Source of the DNA: Okeania sp.
GTDB lineage: Bacteria > Cyanobacteriota > Cyanobacteriia > Cyanobacteriales > Microcoleaceae
Length of the DNA stretch: 26,546 bases
Assembly: GCF_035285525.1 (NCBI RefSeq)
Contig: NZ_JAYKGW010000001.1
Coordinates: 1 to 26,546 of the forward strand
Direction of reading: 5' to 3'
Shown: positions 16,589 to 26,407 of the stretch, piece after piece
Layout: every line of letters begins with the position of its first letter
Position numbering within the stretch: position 1 is the stretch's first letter
Made by a program: the position numbers and the translations under genes
The notes under the pieces: generated by a model
What the model was told of the DNA's origin: nothing
The model's database searches: none
What the model saw: the letters and a program-made list of their open reading frames with translations, nothing else

Positions 16589-17863
16589 TTAAATCATATT
16601 TTTAGCTTTAGCTTGAATCAATAAATCTGAATCATCCACAAACAACTCAGCAGTTTGATTATCGCCTAATTCTTTCAATGCCAATAAACAAGCATATTTT
16701 AAGTCAAAAATTCTTGTATTACTGATAGTTTCTTTAAGTAAAGGTATCGCTTGCTCATCTCCCAAATTTCCCAGAGCAAGTGCAGCAGCACCACGAGACT
16801 TCTGAAACTGAGGCGCTGTATTATGGAGTGCTTCTACCAACAGATCGTAAGCATCAACATATTTGAGCCAACCTAATAGTTTCACTACATGATAGTGAGC
16901 GCCATAATCATTATGAGCGCTTTCAGCAAAAGTTGCTATTAATGCTGCACCTGCAACTTCCGGGTAAACGTCTAAAAGAGTTTTGCTAGCTAAATAACAC
17001 CTGCCAAAATCTGTACTGTATAACTCGTTAATCACAAATTCTAAAGCTGGAGTTTGATCGTATTCGTGAACTAATTCTAAATCATGGGGACGATCGCAAA
17101 TCACTAAATCTAAAAAGGGTTCAATTTTAGCAAATTTCATCTCACCTTTGGGAATACCTGCTGCTGCTAATAGTCTAATTGCTCGGAGACGAAAAACCAT
17201 CGAAACAGGACATTTAGCAATATTCGGAATAGACTGATAATATTTAGCATCAATCAAGTCTTGAATACAAGCACGTCTAGCATTAACACTGGAATGCTCT
17301 AAAAATTTCACTACTTTTGTCATTTGGGAATAATCTCCCGTTAAACGACAAACAGTAGCGATCGCTGCACTAGCAATAGGTTCGTCATCAGATTCGATAA
17401 ATTGCTGAATTTTGGTTATTGCAGGTTTATAGTCAAATTTTGCCAATACCTGAATAATTAAACGATAAGTTTGATTTGGTTTTTCCAGCAACTGGGCAAT
17501 TTCTGCCATAATTTCTTGGTCTTCTGTTCCTAGTTCCCCTATTGCCCAGACAGCATTTTCTACAGTATAACAGTCTGCATCACTTAAACAAGCTCGAATT
17601 GTCGGTAATGCTGATTTCACATTCAAACGCCCCAAGGTTTCGATCGCTTTACGTCTAGCAATTTTATGTTCTAAGACAGGATTAGTGTCTTTTATGGTTT
17701 TGATTAAAGCATTAATAGAGCGATCGCTGGGAAAATTCACTAAATGACTTGCTGCTACATAACGTTCTGATTTATTTTCTAATTCTTCTAGAGGTGTTTC
17801 TAATAAAGAAATTGCTTTTTCTTCAGTTAATCCAGGAAATATATTGAAAAAACGCTTATCCAT
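16589..17863 (-). CDS. cpeY: Phycoerythrobilin lyase, HEAT-repeat E/F-type, CpeY-like
   Basis: 424 aa. Matches as I remember them: MDKRFFN...YVAASHLVNFPSDRSINALI, IRACLSDADCYTVENAVWAIGELGT, TDFGRCYLASKT, NDYGAHYHVVKLLGWLK, PQFQKSR. The size agrees with the roughly 429 aa reported for Fremyella CpeY. Lies in a phycoerythrin gene neighbourhood. Confidence 0.75.
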   Translation of the reverse strand: MDKRFFNIFPGLTEEKAISLLETPLEELENKSERYVAASHLVNFPSDRSINALIKTIKDTNPVLEHKIARRKAIETLGRLNVKSALPTIRACLSDADCYTVENAVWAIGELGTEDQEIMAEIAQLLEKPNQTYRLIIQVLAKFDYKPAITKIQQFIESDDEPIASAAIATVCRLTGDYSQMTKVVKFLEHSSVNARRACIQDLIDAKYYQSIPNIAKCPVSMVFRLRAIRLLAAAGIPKGEMKFAKIEPFLDLVICDRPHDLELVHEYDQTPALEFVINELYSTDFGRCYLASKTLLDVYPEVAGAALIATFAESAHNDYGAHYHVVKLLGWLKYVDAYDLLVEALHNTAPQFQKSRGAAALALGNLGDEQAIPLLKETISNTRIFDLKYACLLALKELGDNQTAELFVDDSDLLIQAKAKNMI

Positions 17864-18074
17864 TTTTTTGGGGTGTTAATTATAATCAACAATTACAGAA
17901 GTTTTCAAGTCAATGAACCACATAAAAACAAATGATCATCTCGTAGGGACGTTGCATACAACCTCCCTACTTTGTAGTCTACTGAAATGAAAAGCGTTGT
18001 AATTTCTTGAATAGATTATATCAGGACTTACGCAGAAACTTAGTTTATCAACAAAATTTCGTGGTTTGAACTGA

Positions 18075-18112
18075 ACCCAGAAACCCGGTTTCTCCTAGAA
18101 ACCGGGTTCCTC
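18075..18112. repeat. Hairpin repeat family D copy
   Basis: cccagaaacccggtttctcctagaaaccgggttcctcc. Confidence 0.65.
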
Positions 18113-18214
18113 CCGTGTAAGTCCTAATATAAAGGTTTGGGACAAAAATACACAGGACTGACGCAGCGACCTTAGATATAGCGCTTAAAACTATTGCGCA
18201 ATAGTTTTTTGACT

Positions 18215-18406
18215 CTATAGAACCCCTAAACGGATCTCTAAAATTAGTTGGGGAGATGGGGAGATGGGGAGTAGGGAGTGGGTGAGATGGGGAGATGGTG
18301 AATATAAAGCTCTAATTCTAGCTTTTTCCCTATTCTATTTCTCTCACTCCTGACTTCTTTGGCAAAAAAACACACCTGTGTAAAGATACGCTTAGGGGTT
18401 CTATAT
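18215..18406. mobile_element. MITE family B copy with a GGGGAGA/T heptamer array
   Basis: ctatagaacccctaaacggatctctaaaattagttggggagatggggagatggggagtagggag...tttttccctattctatttctctcactcctgacttctttggcaaaaaaacac...cgcttaggggttctata. The left flank is a truncated family A element. Confidence 0.65.
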
Positions 18407-18733
18407 TAGAGTTGTTAGGAATTAAGCAAAAAAAATGGCTAAAACCTTTATCAGTAAAGGCTTACAGATATTTGAGATGTCTAAATCACTAAAACTCTTG
18501 CATAGCAAGCTTTTGAGTATTTTAAATTTTTATTTCCCAACAACTCTATTATATATAGTACCTTTGCGTAAGTCATGATACATACTAAAGTAGAGACATT
18601 CCATGGAATGTCTCTACTATTTTTCACCAAATATTTTTGAATCAGGACTTATGCAGAACTATCATATCTTTTCTCTAAGAATTTGCGTAAGTCTTGTTAA
18701 TGTGGGTAGAAAACCTGAAGGTATTTCAGTAAA

Positions 18734-18997
18734 TTAGAGAATACCTATATTCGCCAACCCTAAAATCACACCAAATCCGATGACATGGCCTAAACTGGTA
18801 GTTGCTAATAAAGCAGGATAACCCATTCCACCAAACATTTCTGGCATAGGTAATGCAGGTCCAGCACTAGGAGTAGCCATAGTGGACTTACCTACAGCGA
18901 TCGCTAATATATTGCAAACAATCATTACTATTCCCACTAGAGGACTCCACTCAGGGGTATGGGGAACTGCAGCAGCAAGTGTTATTAAATGAATCAT
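18734..18997 (-). CDS. psaK: Photosystem I reaction centre subunit PsaK
   Basis: 87 aa with two transmembrane helices. PsaK-typical segments are PEWSPLVGIVMIVCNILAI and FGGMGYPALLATTSLGHVIGFGVILGL. Confidence 0.85.
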   Translation of the reverse strand: MIHLITLAAAVPHTPEWSPLVGIVMIVCNILAIAVGKSTMATPSAGPALPMPEMFGGMGYPALLATTSLGHVIGFGVILGLANIGIL

Positions 18998-19575
18998 GTT
19001 AATTTCTCCTTAATTGATTAAAACAGTAATTCAAACTGGATAAACTGATTTTTTTTTGTGAATATTTTAAATCTTTTTAACAAACATAAGAATATTAAAA
19101 AGAATCTGTCTTGAAAGCAACAATAGCACAGAAATATTCTGATAACTTTAATGCTCAATGCAACAGCAATAACACCAAAAATCCTCGTCTTTAAATACTC
19201 CCTTTGCTTGAGCAAAAGGAGATGTCAATTAATTTAATATTTTCTCAAACTTTGTCAAGTAATTAAGTAGTAAAAGTAATAAAAATTAACTTTACAAAAT
19301 TTACATATTATTTAGTGAAGTTTTATTAATTTGTTTCTGATAAATAAAATTTTGAACCATTACATTATATATTGATTCTGTGAGTAATCAAGCTTTTTGA
19401 GAATTAAAGAGAATACCTTAATTATTTAATTAATTTCATGTCCTAGTATCTACTTTTTAAAGTATTCAGGACTGATGCGGGCAAACGTAAAAAGCCCGTT
19501 TTTTCATAGGTATCTATTGTTTGTTAAAAACAACTTTAATCTAAATTAAACCATAAAGTCTTTAGGAAAAAAACA

Positions 19576-20334
19576 ATGGGAAACTTAACCACAGTCGAGC
19601 CACTAGAACTCCGCCCCAATGCTTCTGAAGGAGAACTAGAGCAAATCATCAAAGCTGTCTACAAGCAAGTATTAGGAAATCAGCATCTGATGGAAGGCGA
19701 TCGCCTCTCTAGTGCTGAATCTAAACTCTGCAATGGTGATATTACAGTCCGTGAGTTTGTGAGAAGTGTAGCTCAATCAAGTCTTTATCAGAAACTATTT
19801 TTTGAATCCTCATCTCAGTACCGCTTTATTGAGTTAAACTTTAAGCATTTGTTAGGTCGTGCTCCTCAAGCACAGGAAGAAATTTCTGAACACGTTCAGA
19901 CTTATAATCAAAAAGGGTACGAAGTTGAAATTAACTCCTACATAGATAGTGAGGAGTATATCGAAAGTTTTGGTGATAATGTTGTACCTTATCCCCGTAG
20001 TATCCGTTCAGTTGTTGGACTGAAAAACGAAGTTTTCAACCGCACATTTTCTTTGTTCCGGGGTCCTGCTACCAACGATAGTGATAACCGTGCCAAGTTA
20101 ATAACTTCTATAGCTGCCAACTTACCTACTCCCATTAAGCTTGCTGTAGGTAATGGAGCTTACAGCAATACAGGAAAACGCTTCAAAATTCAGTTTTCTA
20201 GCTCTAAAACTTCTGCTAGACTGAACAAATTTAGCCGTCAGGAATGTGTAGTTAACTACAACCAGATGTCTCAACAAGTTCAAAACATTCATAAGACAGG
20301 TGGAAATATTCTAAGTATTACTGAAGTAGCATAG
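19576..20334 (+). CDS. Phycobilisome rod linker polypeptide, phycoerythrin-associated type (CpeC/D/E family): PBS-linker domain plus C-terminal CpcD-like domain
   Basis: 252 aa. The linker-domain motifs are IIKAVYKQVLGNQHLMEGDRL...ESKLCNGDITVREFVRSVAQSSLYQKLFF...YRFIELNFKHLLGRAP...YNQKGYEVEINSYIDSEEY. The CpcD-like end is KRFKIQFSS...VNYNQMSQQVQNIHKTGGNILSITEV. Assignment to PE rather than PC rods rests on gene context only. Confidence 0.75.
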   Translation: MGNLTTVEPLELRPNASEGELEQIIKAVYKQVLGNQHLMEGDRLSSAESKLCNGDITVREFVRSVAQSSLYQKLFFESSSQYRFIELNFKHLLGRAPQAQEEISEHVQTYNQKGYEVEINSYIDSEEYIESFGDNVVPYPRSIRSVVGLKNEVFNRTFSLFRGPATNDSDNRAKLITSIAANLPTPIKLAVGNGAYSNTGKRFKIQFSSSKTSARLNKFSRQECVVNYNQMSQQVQNIHKTGGNILSITEVA

Positions 20335-20417
20335 TATTTTTCCTTTTTGTTATAAGATACTCCCGATGCTGTATTGTATAAACACTATGGCACGGTTTTT
20401 TTAGTGTATGTTAATAA

Positions 20418-20657
20418 TTAGGGCTTGCTGATTAAATCAGAAAGTATTGAGAGATAAAAGTTTCAGTATCATTTTGTCGAAAAAAGTATAAGGTTTTAGA
20501 TGTCTCAGGTGCAAAAATTCAGCATTTTGGGCTAACTATGGTAAAAAAATGAAGAGGCTATTCTTCTGAACTACCTTCTCCATAATTCCCATTGATTCTG
20601 ACTCCTGATTCCTGACTTCTGGCCTGATTACTCATACTTTCCATAAGCAAGCCCTAA
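20418..20657. mobile_element. MITE family F (TIR TTAGGGCTTGC / GCAAGCCCTAA), 240 bp, ending 28 nt upstream of the HEAT-lyase start codon
   Basis: The ends are ttagggcttgctgattaaatc and actcatactttccataagcaagccctaa. Internal blocks (gcattttgggctaactatggtaaaaaaa, ctgactcctgattcctgac) recur at 21636-21884 and within 25225-26110. Confidence 0.65.
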
Positions 20658-20685
20658 TTAGTTCTCAAATTATTATAATTTTTCC

Positions 20686-21543
20686 ATGTCTCCAGAAGAA
20701 ATAGATAGTTTTCTCACAAAAACTAGACAAGAAGCAATCCAAAAAACTTTTGACATTAATAATAGCCAAAGGTTACAACTGATGGTAGAATGTATGGGTG
20801 ATTCCCGGGGGATGGTCCGCTTAGGTTTTGCCGAAACTCTTGGACAAATTGGCAAACCAGCTACTCCTTTTCTCACTGAAGCTCTCCTAAATCACTCCGA
20901 TCCAGTTGTCCGACGAGCTAGTGCCAAAACTTTGACCCTCATTGCCGATCCAGATACAGTTTCCCCCCTAGTCCATGCTCTACTTAATGATGAAGATACA
21001 GTAGTAAAAGGCTCATCAGCAGGCGCTCTGGCTCGGATAGGAGAACCTGCTGCCCCTGTTTTATTAGAAATTTTAGGCTCTAGAGAACATCCAGAAAGCA
21101 CTAAAGGTCATGCTGCTTGGGCTTTAGCATTTATTGGAGCTGAAGCCAAAGAGCATTTGTATCGGGAGATTAATTCTGAAAAAGTGGCAGTTAGATCTGC
21201 TGTGGTGGGAGCGATCGCTAAAATTGCTCAAGACTCAGGAGAAGAGGAAGCCATCAATATTTTGATAACTGCCCTAGAAGATTCGTCGGAGGAGGTACGG
21301 ATTGAAGCAGCAGCAGTTTTGGGAAATTTAGCTTATAAACCAGCAGTTCCCAATCTAGTTGAATTACTGAATCATCGGACTAGCGGTGAAACTCGCAAGG
21401 CAGCAGCTTTGTCTTTAATGAAAATTCGTTCCCATAGTGCTTTAGAGCCGTTGCGGGGAGCATGGGAACAAGAGTCAGAGGAAGATATTAAGAAAATTAT
21501 CAAATTGGCAATTACTCAATTAGAGAGACAACCTCCTTCTTGA
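20686..21543 (+). CDS. HEAT-repeat E/F-type phycobilin lyase (CpcE/CpeF-like)
   Basis: 285 aa. Shows the repeated PBS-lyase HEAT pattern (VRLGFAETLGQIGKPATPFL; DPVVRRASAKTLTLIADPDTVSPLV; EVRIEAAAVLGNLAYKPAVPNLVELL). Located in the PE cluster next to the linker gene. Chromophore and site specificity cannot be read from the sequence. Confidence 0.65.
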   Translation: MSPEEIDSFLTKTRQEAIQKTFDINNSQRLQLMVECMGDSRGMVRLGFAETLGQIGKPATPFLTEALLNHSDPVVRRASAKTLTLIADPDTVSPLVHALLNDEDTVVKGSSAGALARIGEPAAPVLLEILGSREHPESTKGHAAWALAFIGAEAKEHLYREINSEKVAVRSAVVGAIAKIAQDSGEEEAINILITALEDSSEEVRIEAAAVLGNLAYKPAVPNLVELLNHRTSGETRKAAALSLMKIRSHSALEPLRGAWEQESEEDIKKIIKLAITQLERQPPS

Positions 21544-21546
21544 GCT

Positions 21547-21586
21547 GAGGAGTAGGGGAGTGGGGGAGTAGGGGAGTGGGGGAGTA
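21547..21586 (+). repeat. Tandem octamer array (GGGGAGTR)x5 starting 3 nt after the HEAT-lyase stop
   Basis: gaggagta ggggagtg ggggagta ggggagtg ggggagta. An inverted counterpart lies at 22427-22464. Confidence 0.9.
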
Positions 21587-21635
21587 ATAGAATTATCAAC
21601 AAATACGATATACTCAGTTTCTTGGTAAGTTGATC

Positions 21636-21884
21636 TAGGGCTTGCTGATTAAATATCAAAATCTTGACGAGCTGAAGGTTTTACCCTTTTAAGGTACTAA
21701 TAAAGTACCAGCTTTTAGGTGGTAATGGTACGGTTCCCGAAAAATCATGCATTTTAGGATTTTCGGCAACATAAGGGTAGAAAATCACTCTGATAATTCT
21801 TCTGACTACTTCTTCTATGATTTTCATTCCTGCTGGATTCTGGATTCTACCTCTACCACTCATACTTTTTCAGCAAACCCTCTA
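21636..21884. mobile_element. MITE family F copy (TAGGGCTTGCTGA ... TCAGCAAACCCTCTA), 249 bp, overlapping the 5' end of ORF 21817-22086
   Basis: The ends and the internal ...actcatacttt.. block align with 20418-20657. The first 23 codons of the annotated 89-aa ORF (MIFIPAGFWILPLPLILFQQTLY) lie inside this element. Confidence 0.6.
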
Positions 21885-21885
21885 T

Positions 21886-22218
21886 ACTAAGTCTAAAAAA
21901 TTTCCGATAGAAGAAAGGTATTCTTTAATTGACCAAATTAGACGCTCGTCACGTTCTGTTTGTGCTAATTTGGCTGGAGCTTGGCGAAAACGTAGATATG
22001 AACTAGCTTTTGTTGCTAAATTCAATGACTGTGAAGCAGAAGCAGCGGAAACACAAACTTGGCTTGATTTTGCTGTGAAATGTTGATATTTAGATGCAGA
22101 AACAGGACAAAAACTTTCAAAAAGCTATGATGAAATTATCAGCATTTTAGTCAAAATAATCAATAATCCTTATCCTTGGTTGTTGAAACATCGAGGAGAT
22201 AAAGAAATGAAAAGTTAG
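21886..22218 (+). pseudogene. Four-helix-bundle protein (23S rRNA intervening-sequence protein / Avd-like family), 5'-truncated by a MITE and carrying an in-frame TGA
   Basis: Family-typical segments are KSKKFPIEERYSLIDQIRRSSRSVCANLAGAW...AEAAETQTWLDFAVKC. A TGA follows at 22084-22086. The same frame then continues with YLDAETGQKLSKSYDEIISILVKIINNPYPWLL to the TAG at 22216-22218. The usual first helix is missing. Confidence 0.7.
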
Positions 22219-22248
22219 TTGGTGTTTTTCTCTGATGGTATTACTCTT

Positions 22249-22338
22249 AGGACTTACGCACGAAACACTATATGTAGCTTCTATAACTATTGTGCAATAG
22301 TTTTTTAACTCTATAGATAGTACCTTTGCGTAAGTCCT
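22249..22338. mobile_element. MITE family A copy, 90 bp
   Basis: aggacttacgcacgaaacactatatgtagcttctataactattgtgcaatagttttttaactctatagatagtacctttgcgtaagtcct. The core is almost identical to 25377-25460. Confidence 0.8.
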
Positions 22339-22426
22339 GACTCTGTATTATTAGAAAGCTCCAGAAAGTGTTCTGAAACCTTTATAATGCTGTTCCAAAA
22401 TCAGTATTTTTGGAGATGTCTATTTT

Positions 22427-22464
22427 ACTCCCTCACTCCCCCACTCCCTTACTCCCTACTCCCT
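22427..22464 (-). repeat. Tandem 7-8 nt array (GGGAGTR)n on the minus strand, overlapping the last codons and stop codon of cpeZ
   Basis: The plus strand reads actccctc actccccc actccctt actccct actccctg. The minus strand reads ...tca ggg agt agg gag taa, i.e. S G S R E stop of the 206-aa ORF. Confidence 0.85.
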
Positions 22465-23069
22465 GACTTAAACTTCAACATATCCAACCGAGATAAAGCA
22501 CTATTAGCAGTTTGGCGTATCAAGACATCAGCAGATTCATCATTGGCTAATTTGCTTAATACTTCTTTAGAGCGTTCGTCATTAATAGAACTAACAGCAT
22601 TAAGAATCCCTACTGCCAAACCTATATTATCAGTTCCATCAAGAACCTCCAGTAAACTATCTAAAGCAGGCACACCAACAACTCCTAATGCCATTGCCGA
22701 GGCCAGATTAACAACAGGATGAGGGTCAACGAGTCCTTTTTTCAAACTCTCAATACCTTCTGAAGGAAAGGGGACATCGTTATGATTACAGTTAATAGCT
22801 ACTTGAGCTAAAGCTTTAGCACAACTACTTCTAATAGTTGAATTATCACTATTGATCAATGAATATACTAGAGGTGGTACTGTATCTATTCCTATCACCC
22901 CCAATACCTTAACTGCTGCTCGCCGATAAGTGGTGTCTTCTTCTGCCAAAATTTCCATTAACTTAGGAATAGTATTTTCATGGCGGGTTTCGGCTATTTG
23001 CCACATTGCTCGATCGCGGAGGTGAGGGTTAGGATGTTTTAATTGTTCAAATAATGAAGATTGTGTCAT
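22449..23069 (-). CDS. cpeZ: HEAT-repeat phycoerythrin lyase-associated protein CpeZ-like
   Basis: 206 aa. Contains LKHPNPHLRDRAMWQIAETRHENTIPKLMEILAEEDTTYRRAAVKVLGVIG, DNSTIRSSCAKALAQVA and DESADVLIRQTANSALSRL. The size matches the roughly 205 aa reported for CpeZ. Lies downstream of cpeBA. Confidence 0.75.
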   Translation of the reverse strand: MTQSSLFEQLKHPNPHLRDRAMWQIAETRHENTIPKLMEILAEEDTTYRRAAVKVLGVIGIDTVPPLVYSLINSDNSTIRSSCAKALAQVAINCNHNDVPFPSEGIESLKKGLVDPHPVVNLASAMALGVVGVPALDSLLEVLDGTDNIGLAVGILNAVSSINDERSKEVLSKLANDESADVLIRQTANSALSRLDMLKFKSGSRE

Positions 23070-23138
23070 TTCAGTTATCAGTTATCAGTTATAAGTATCT
23101 CCTGTGACAGGCGTAGTTTTGTAATATCATGTCCAAAA

Positions 23139-23214
23139 GTAGGGGTGAACCACTATTCCCCCCTACAGCATTTTGGTTATAAGAATGTGGTTCATCAATC
23201 TGAAAAGCCTTGTA
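23139..23214 (+). repeat. Diverged copy of dispersed repeat family E
   Basis: gtaggggtgaaccactattcccccctacagcattttggttataagaatgtggttcatcaatctgaaaagccttgta. Preceded by a solo family G end (aatatcatgtcc). Confidence 0.55.
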
Positions 23215-23433
23215 ACTGGACTTTTGGAGAAAAAAGGTCAAAAACAAGGTAAAACGGTTATATAGTAAGATTTTTACCTAAAATTAACTGTTTTCTTGAT
23301 ATATCTAGGTTTCAGCCATTTTCAGCAATTCCAGGTATTTTCCTTGCTAATTACTGGGTTTGAAGCCATTTTCAGCGTCAAAAATCTACAACTCCAGGTA
23401 ATACAACCAAGATGGTTGTGCGACAAAAGCCAA

Positions 23434-23489
23434 GGGACTCTTAGTTAGTTGCTTACCAAATATTCGGTAAGTAATTAACTGAGAGTCCC
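23434..23489 (-). terminator. Long imperfect stem-loop about 70 nt downstream of cpeA; candidate cpeBA terminator or mRNA-stabilising hairpin
   Basis: gggactcttagttagttgcttacc-aaatattc-ggtaagtaattaactgagagtccc forms 24-nt arms. In the cpeBA sense it has three A.C mismatches and is followed by ttggcttttg. In the plus-strand sense the same positions are G.U wobbles, so the strand of function is uncertain. Confidence 0.4.
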
Positions 23490-23558
23490 AAAGTTATCTA
23501 AAATTAAAGTAGTTTTCAAGCCAGAATTTTATTCTAGCCTCAACTCAACTAAATTCTA

Positions 23559-24065
<507 letters not shown>

Positions 24066-24230
24066 CTATTTTTTGTTTTTGTTGGACTTGATTGACATAC
24101 CCCCGATTTGTGCCTACAGGACAACCCGGGATTCTTCAGCCTAAAAATTTTGGCCACTGTTTATACAGAGGTGATGTCTTCCCCCTGTTTTAATACCTAG
24201 CTCGGTTATAGTAAGACAGCTTGGGAGAGA

Positions 24231-24809
<579 letters not shown>

Positions 24810-25224
24810 TTATTTTCTGTAACTCGATAATTACAGTCTCTAATAACAGGGTGTGTTTTGTCTCGCTTTCTGAGTAAGAAAGTAATATTTTGTAAAAAAG
24901 TAAATATTTGTTACTATCTTTTAATCAAAGCCAATGAAATGCCAAGGAACAGGAAGTAGTGGGAGTATCTTGTTCCTACCCCTGGTATTCTTGTGTCCTG
25001 TATACATGAGTTTGCGCTTCTTTAGTCTGATGGTGAAGGTAGGGAGTAGGGAGTAGTTAAGGTTTAGGATTTAGGGGAGTTCTGGAAGAGGCGGTCATGT
25101 CCTATCCACCCTTAGTTTCTCTGTCATAATAAATTATCACTTTGTCTTTAGTACCCTCCATTAATGGAAAAGCTGGTACTTTTTCAACACTTAAAATTGT
25201 TCAAACCTTTATTTCTAAATGCTA

Positions 25225-26110
25225 GGGAGATTTAATTAGCAAGCCCTAGATAGGGTTTGTGCTTCTTCAGTCTTTTTTTAAGGAGTAGGGGAGCTGGAAA
25301 GTATTTTTTTTGGCCCAACTATGCGCCTAAAATGTTAGCTTGAGGAGCATAGTTGAGCTGAAAACCAGTAGAACTGAGGCTCAGGCGCTATATATAGCTT
25401 CTATAACTATTGCACAATAGTTTTTTAACTCTATATATATAGTACCTTTGCTTAAGTCCTGACCAGGTATTTTTTCTAAACCTAAAAAGGCTAAAACATT
25501 TATCTGTAAAGACTTTGAGATTTAATTAGCAAGCCCTACATAGGGTTTGCGTATGTAAAGTCTTTATTACTGGTGTAGAAATCAGGGGTCAATATTTAGG
25601 ATTCAGCAGTCAGAATAAATGTCAATTTTATAGATACAGGACTTACACAGCGACCCTAGATATAGTTTTGAAAACTATATCTAGGGCTTGCCGAAAAAGT
25701 CTTATGGGTGAGGGTAGGAATCAGGAGTCAGGAGTCAGGTAGGGGAGCCGTCGGATTTGCGAAGTACAGGAGACAAGAGTCGTAGGGACGTTGCATAAGA
25801 AAAATGCGTTTCATGTCGTGCAGCGAAACGTCCTTACAGGAATTTATAGAAGACAGGAGGAAGAATTATCCCTTAATTTTTCTGCTTCGTATCAAGCAAA
25901 ATCCTAGCTTTTTTAGTAATTGAAGAGGAAAAAGTGTCAGCTTTTAGGTCAAAAAGGTTTAAAAAGGAGCGCATTTTGGGCGCATACATACATAGTTGGG
26001 CAAAAAAAATTATTTCCTACCTCCGCGTCACCCCATCACTCTATCTCCCCATCTTTTTATAAAGACTTTTTCAGCAGACCCTATTTAATCAGCAAACCCT
26101 ATATATATAT
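25225..26110. repeat. Composite array of nested or abutting MITE/SDR fragments (families A, E, F and others) in the 1.6-kb ORF-free region upstream of cpeBA
   Basis: The 35-nt junction gagatttaattagcaagcccta-n-atagggtttg is repeated at 25227-25262 and 25517-25551. A family A copy lies at 25377-25460. There is an inverted pair ttttttttggcccaactatgcgcctaaaatg (25304-25334) / cattttgggcgcatacatacatagttgggcaaaaaaaa (25972-26009). A family E-type hairpin starts at 25783. Confidence 0.6.
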
Positions 26111-26407
26111 TAAGTTTGCGTAAGTCCTAAGATAGAGAAAGTAATCAAAATAATTTTCCCTTTGATTTTTCTACTCTTGTCTTCTGCCTAAAATCCTAAC
26201 TTTTTGGTCACTACAGCGATAAAAGTTGCGCTTTGTTCCGTGTTTAAAGGCTAAAGTTCTTATCTGTTCAGGACTTACCGAAAAATTAATAACTAAATAA
26301 TTAAATAATTCGTGTCTTGAAGCCTCCCCTTTAAAAGGGAAAAAAATAATTTTTTCCTTTTATTCAATCCTATCCGTTTTTAGGGAGAGGTAATTATCAA
26401 TTATCAA

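Noticed and set aside
19018-19215. 65-aa ORF in the psaK-linker divergent spacer
   Set aside because: The DNA is very AT-rich and low in complexity (F/L/I/K-rich product). There is no SD sequence and no recognisable motif. This is more likely promoter region.
19472-19506. Terminator-like hairpin gcgggc-aaacgtaaaaa-gcccg followed by tttttt on the plus strand, upstream of the linker gene
   Set aside because: There is no plus-strand gene upstream to terminate, the stem is only 5 bp, and it is adjacent to a degenerate family A end (tcaggactgatgc). It is probably repeat-associated.
25920-26123. 67-aa TTG-initiated ORF
   Set aside because: It is built from repeat fragments that also occur at about 5300, 20522 and 25304 in either orientation, so it is not credible as a gene.
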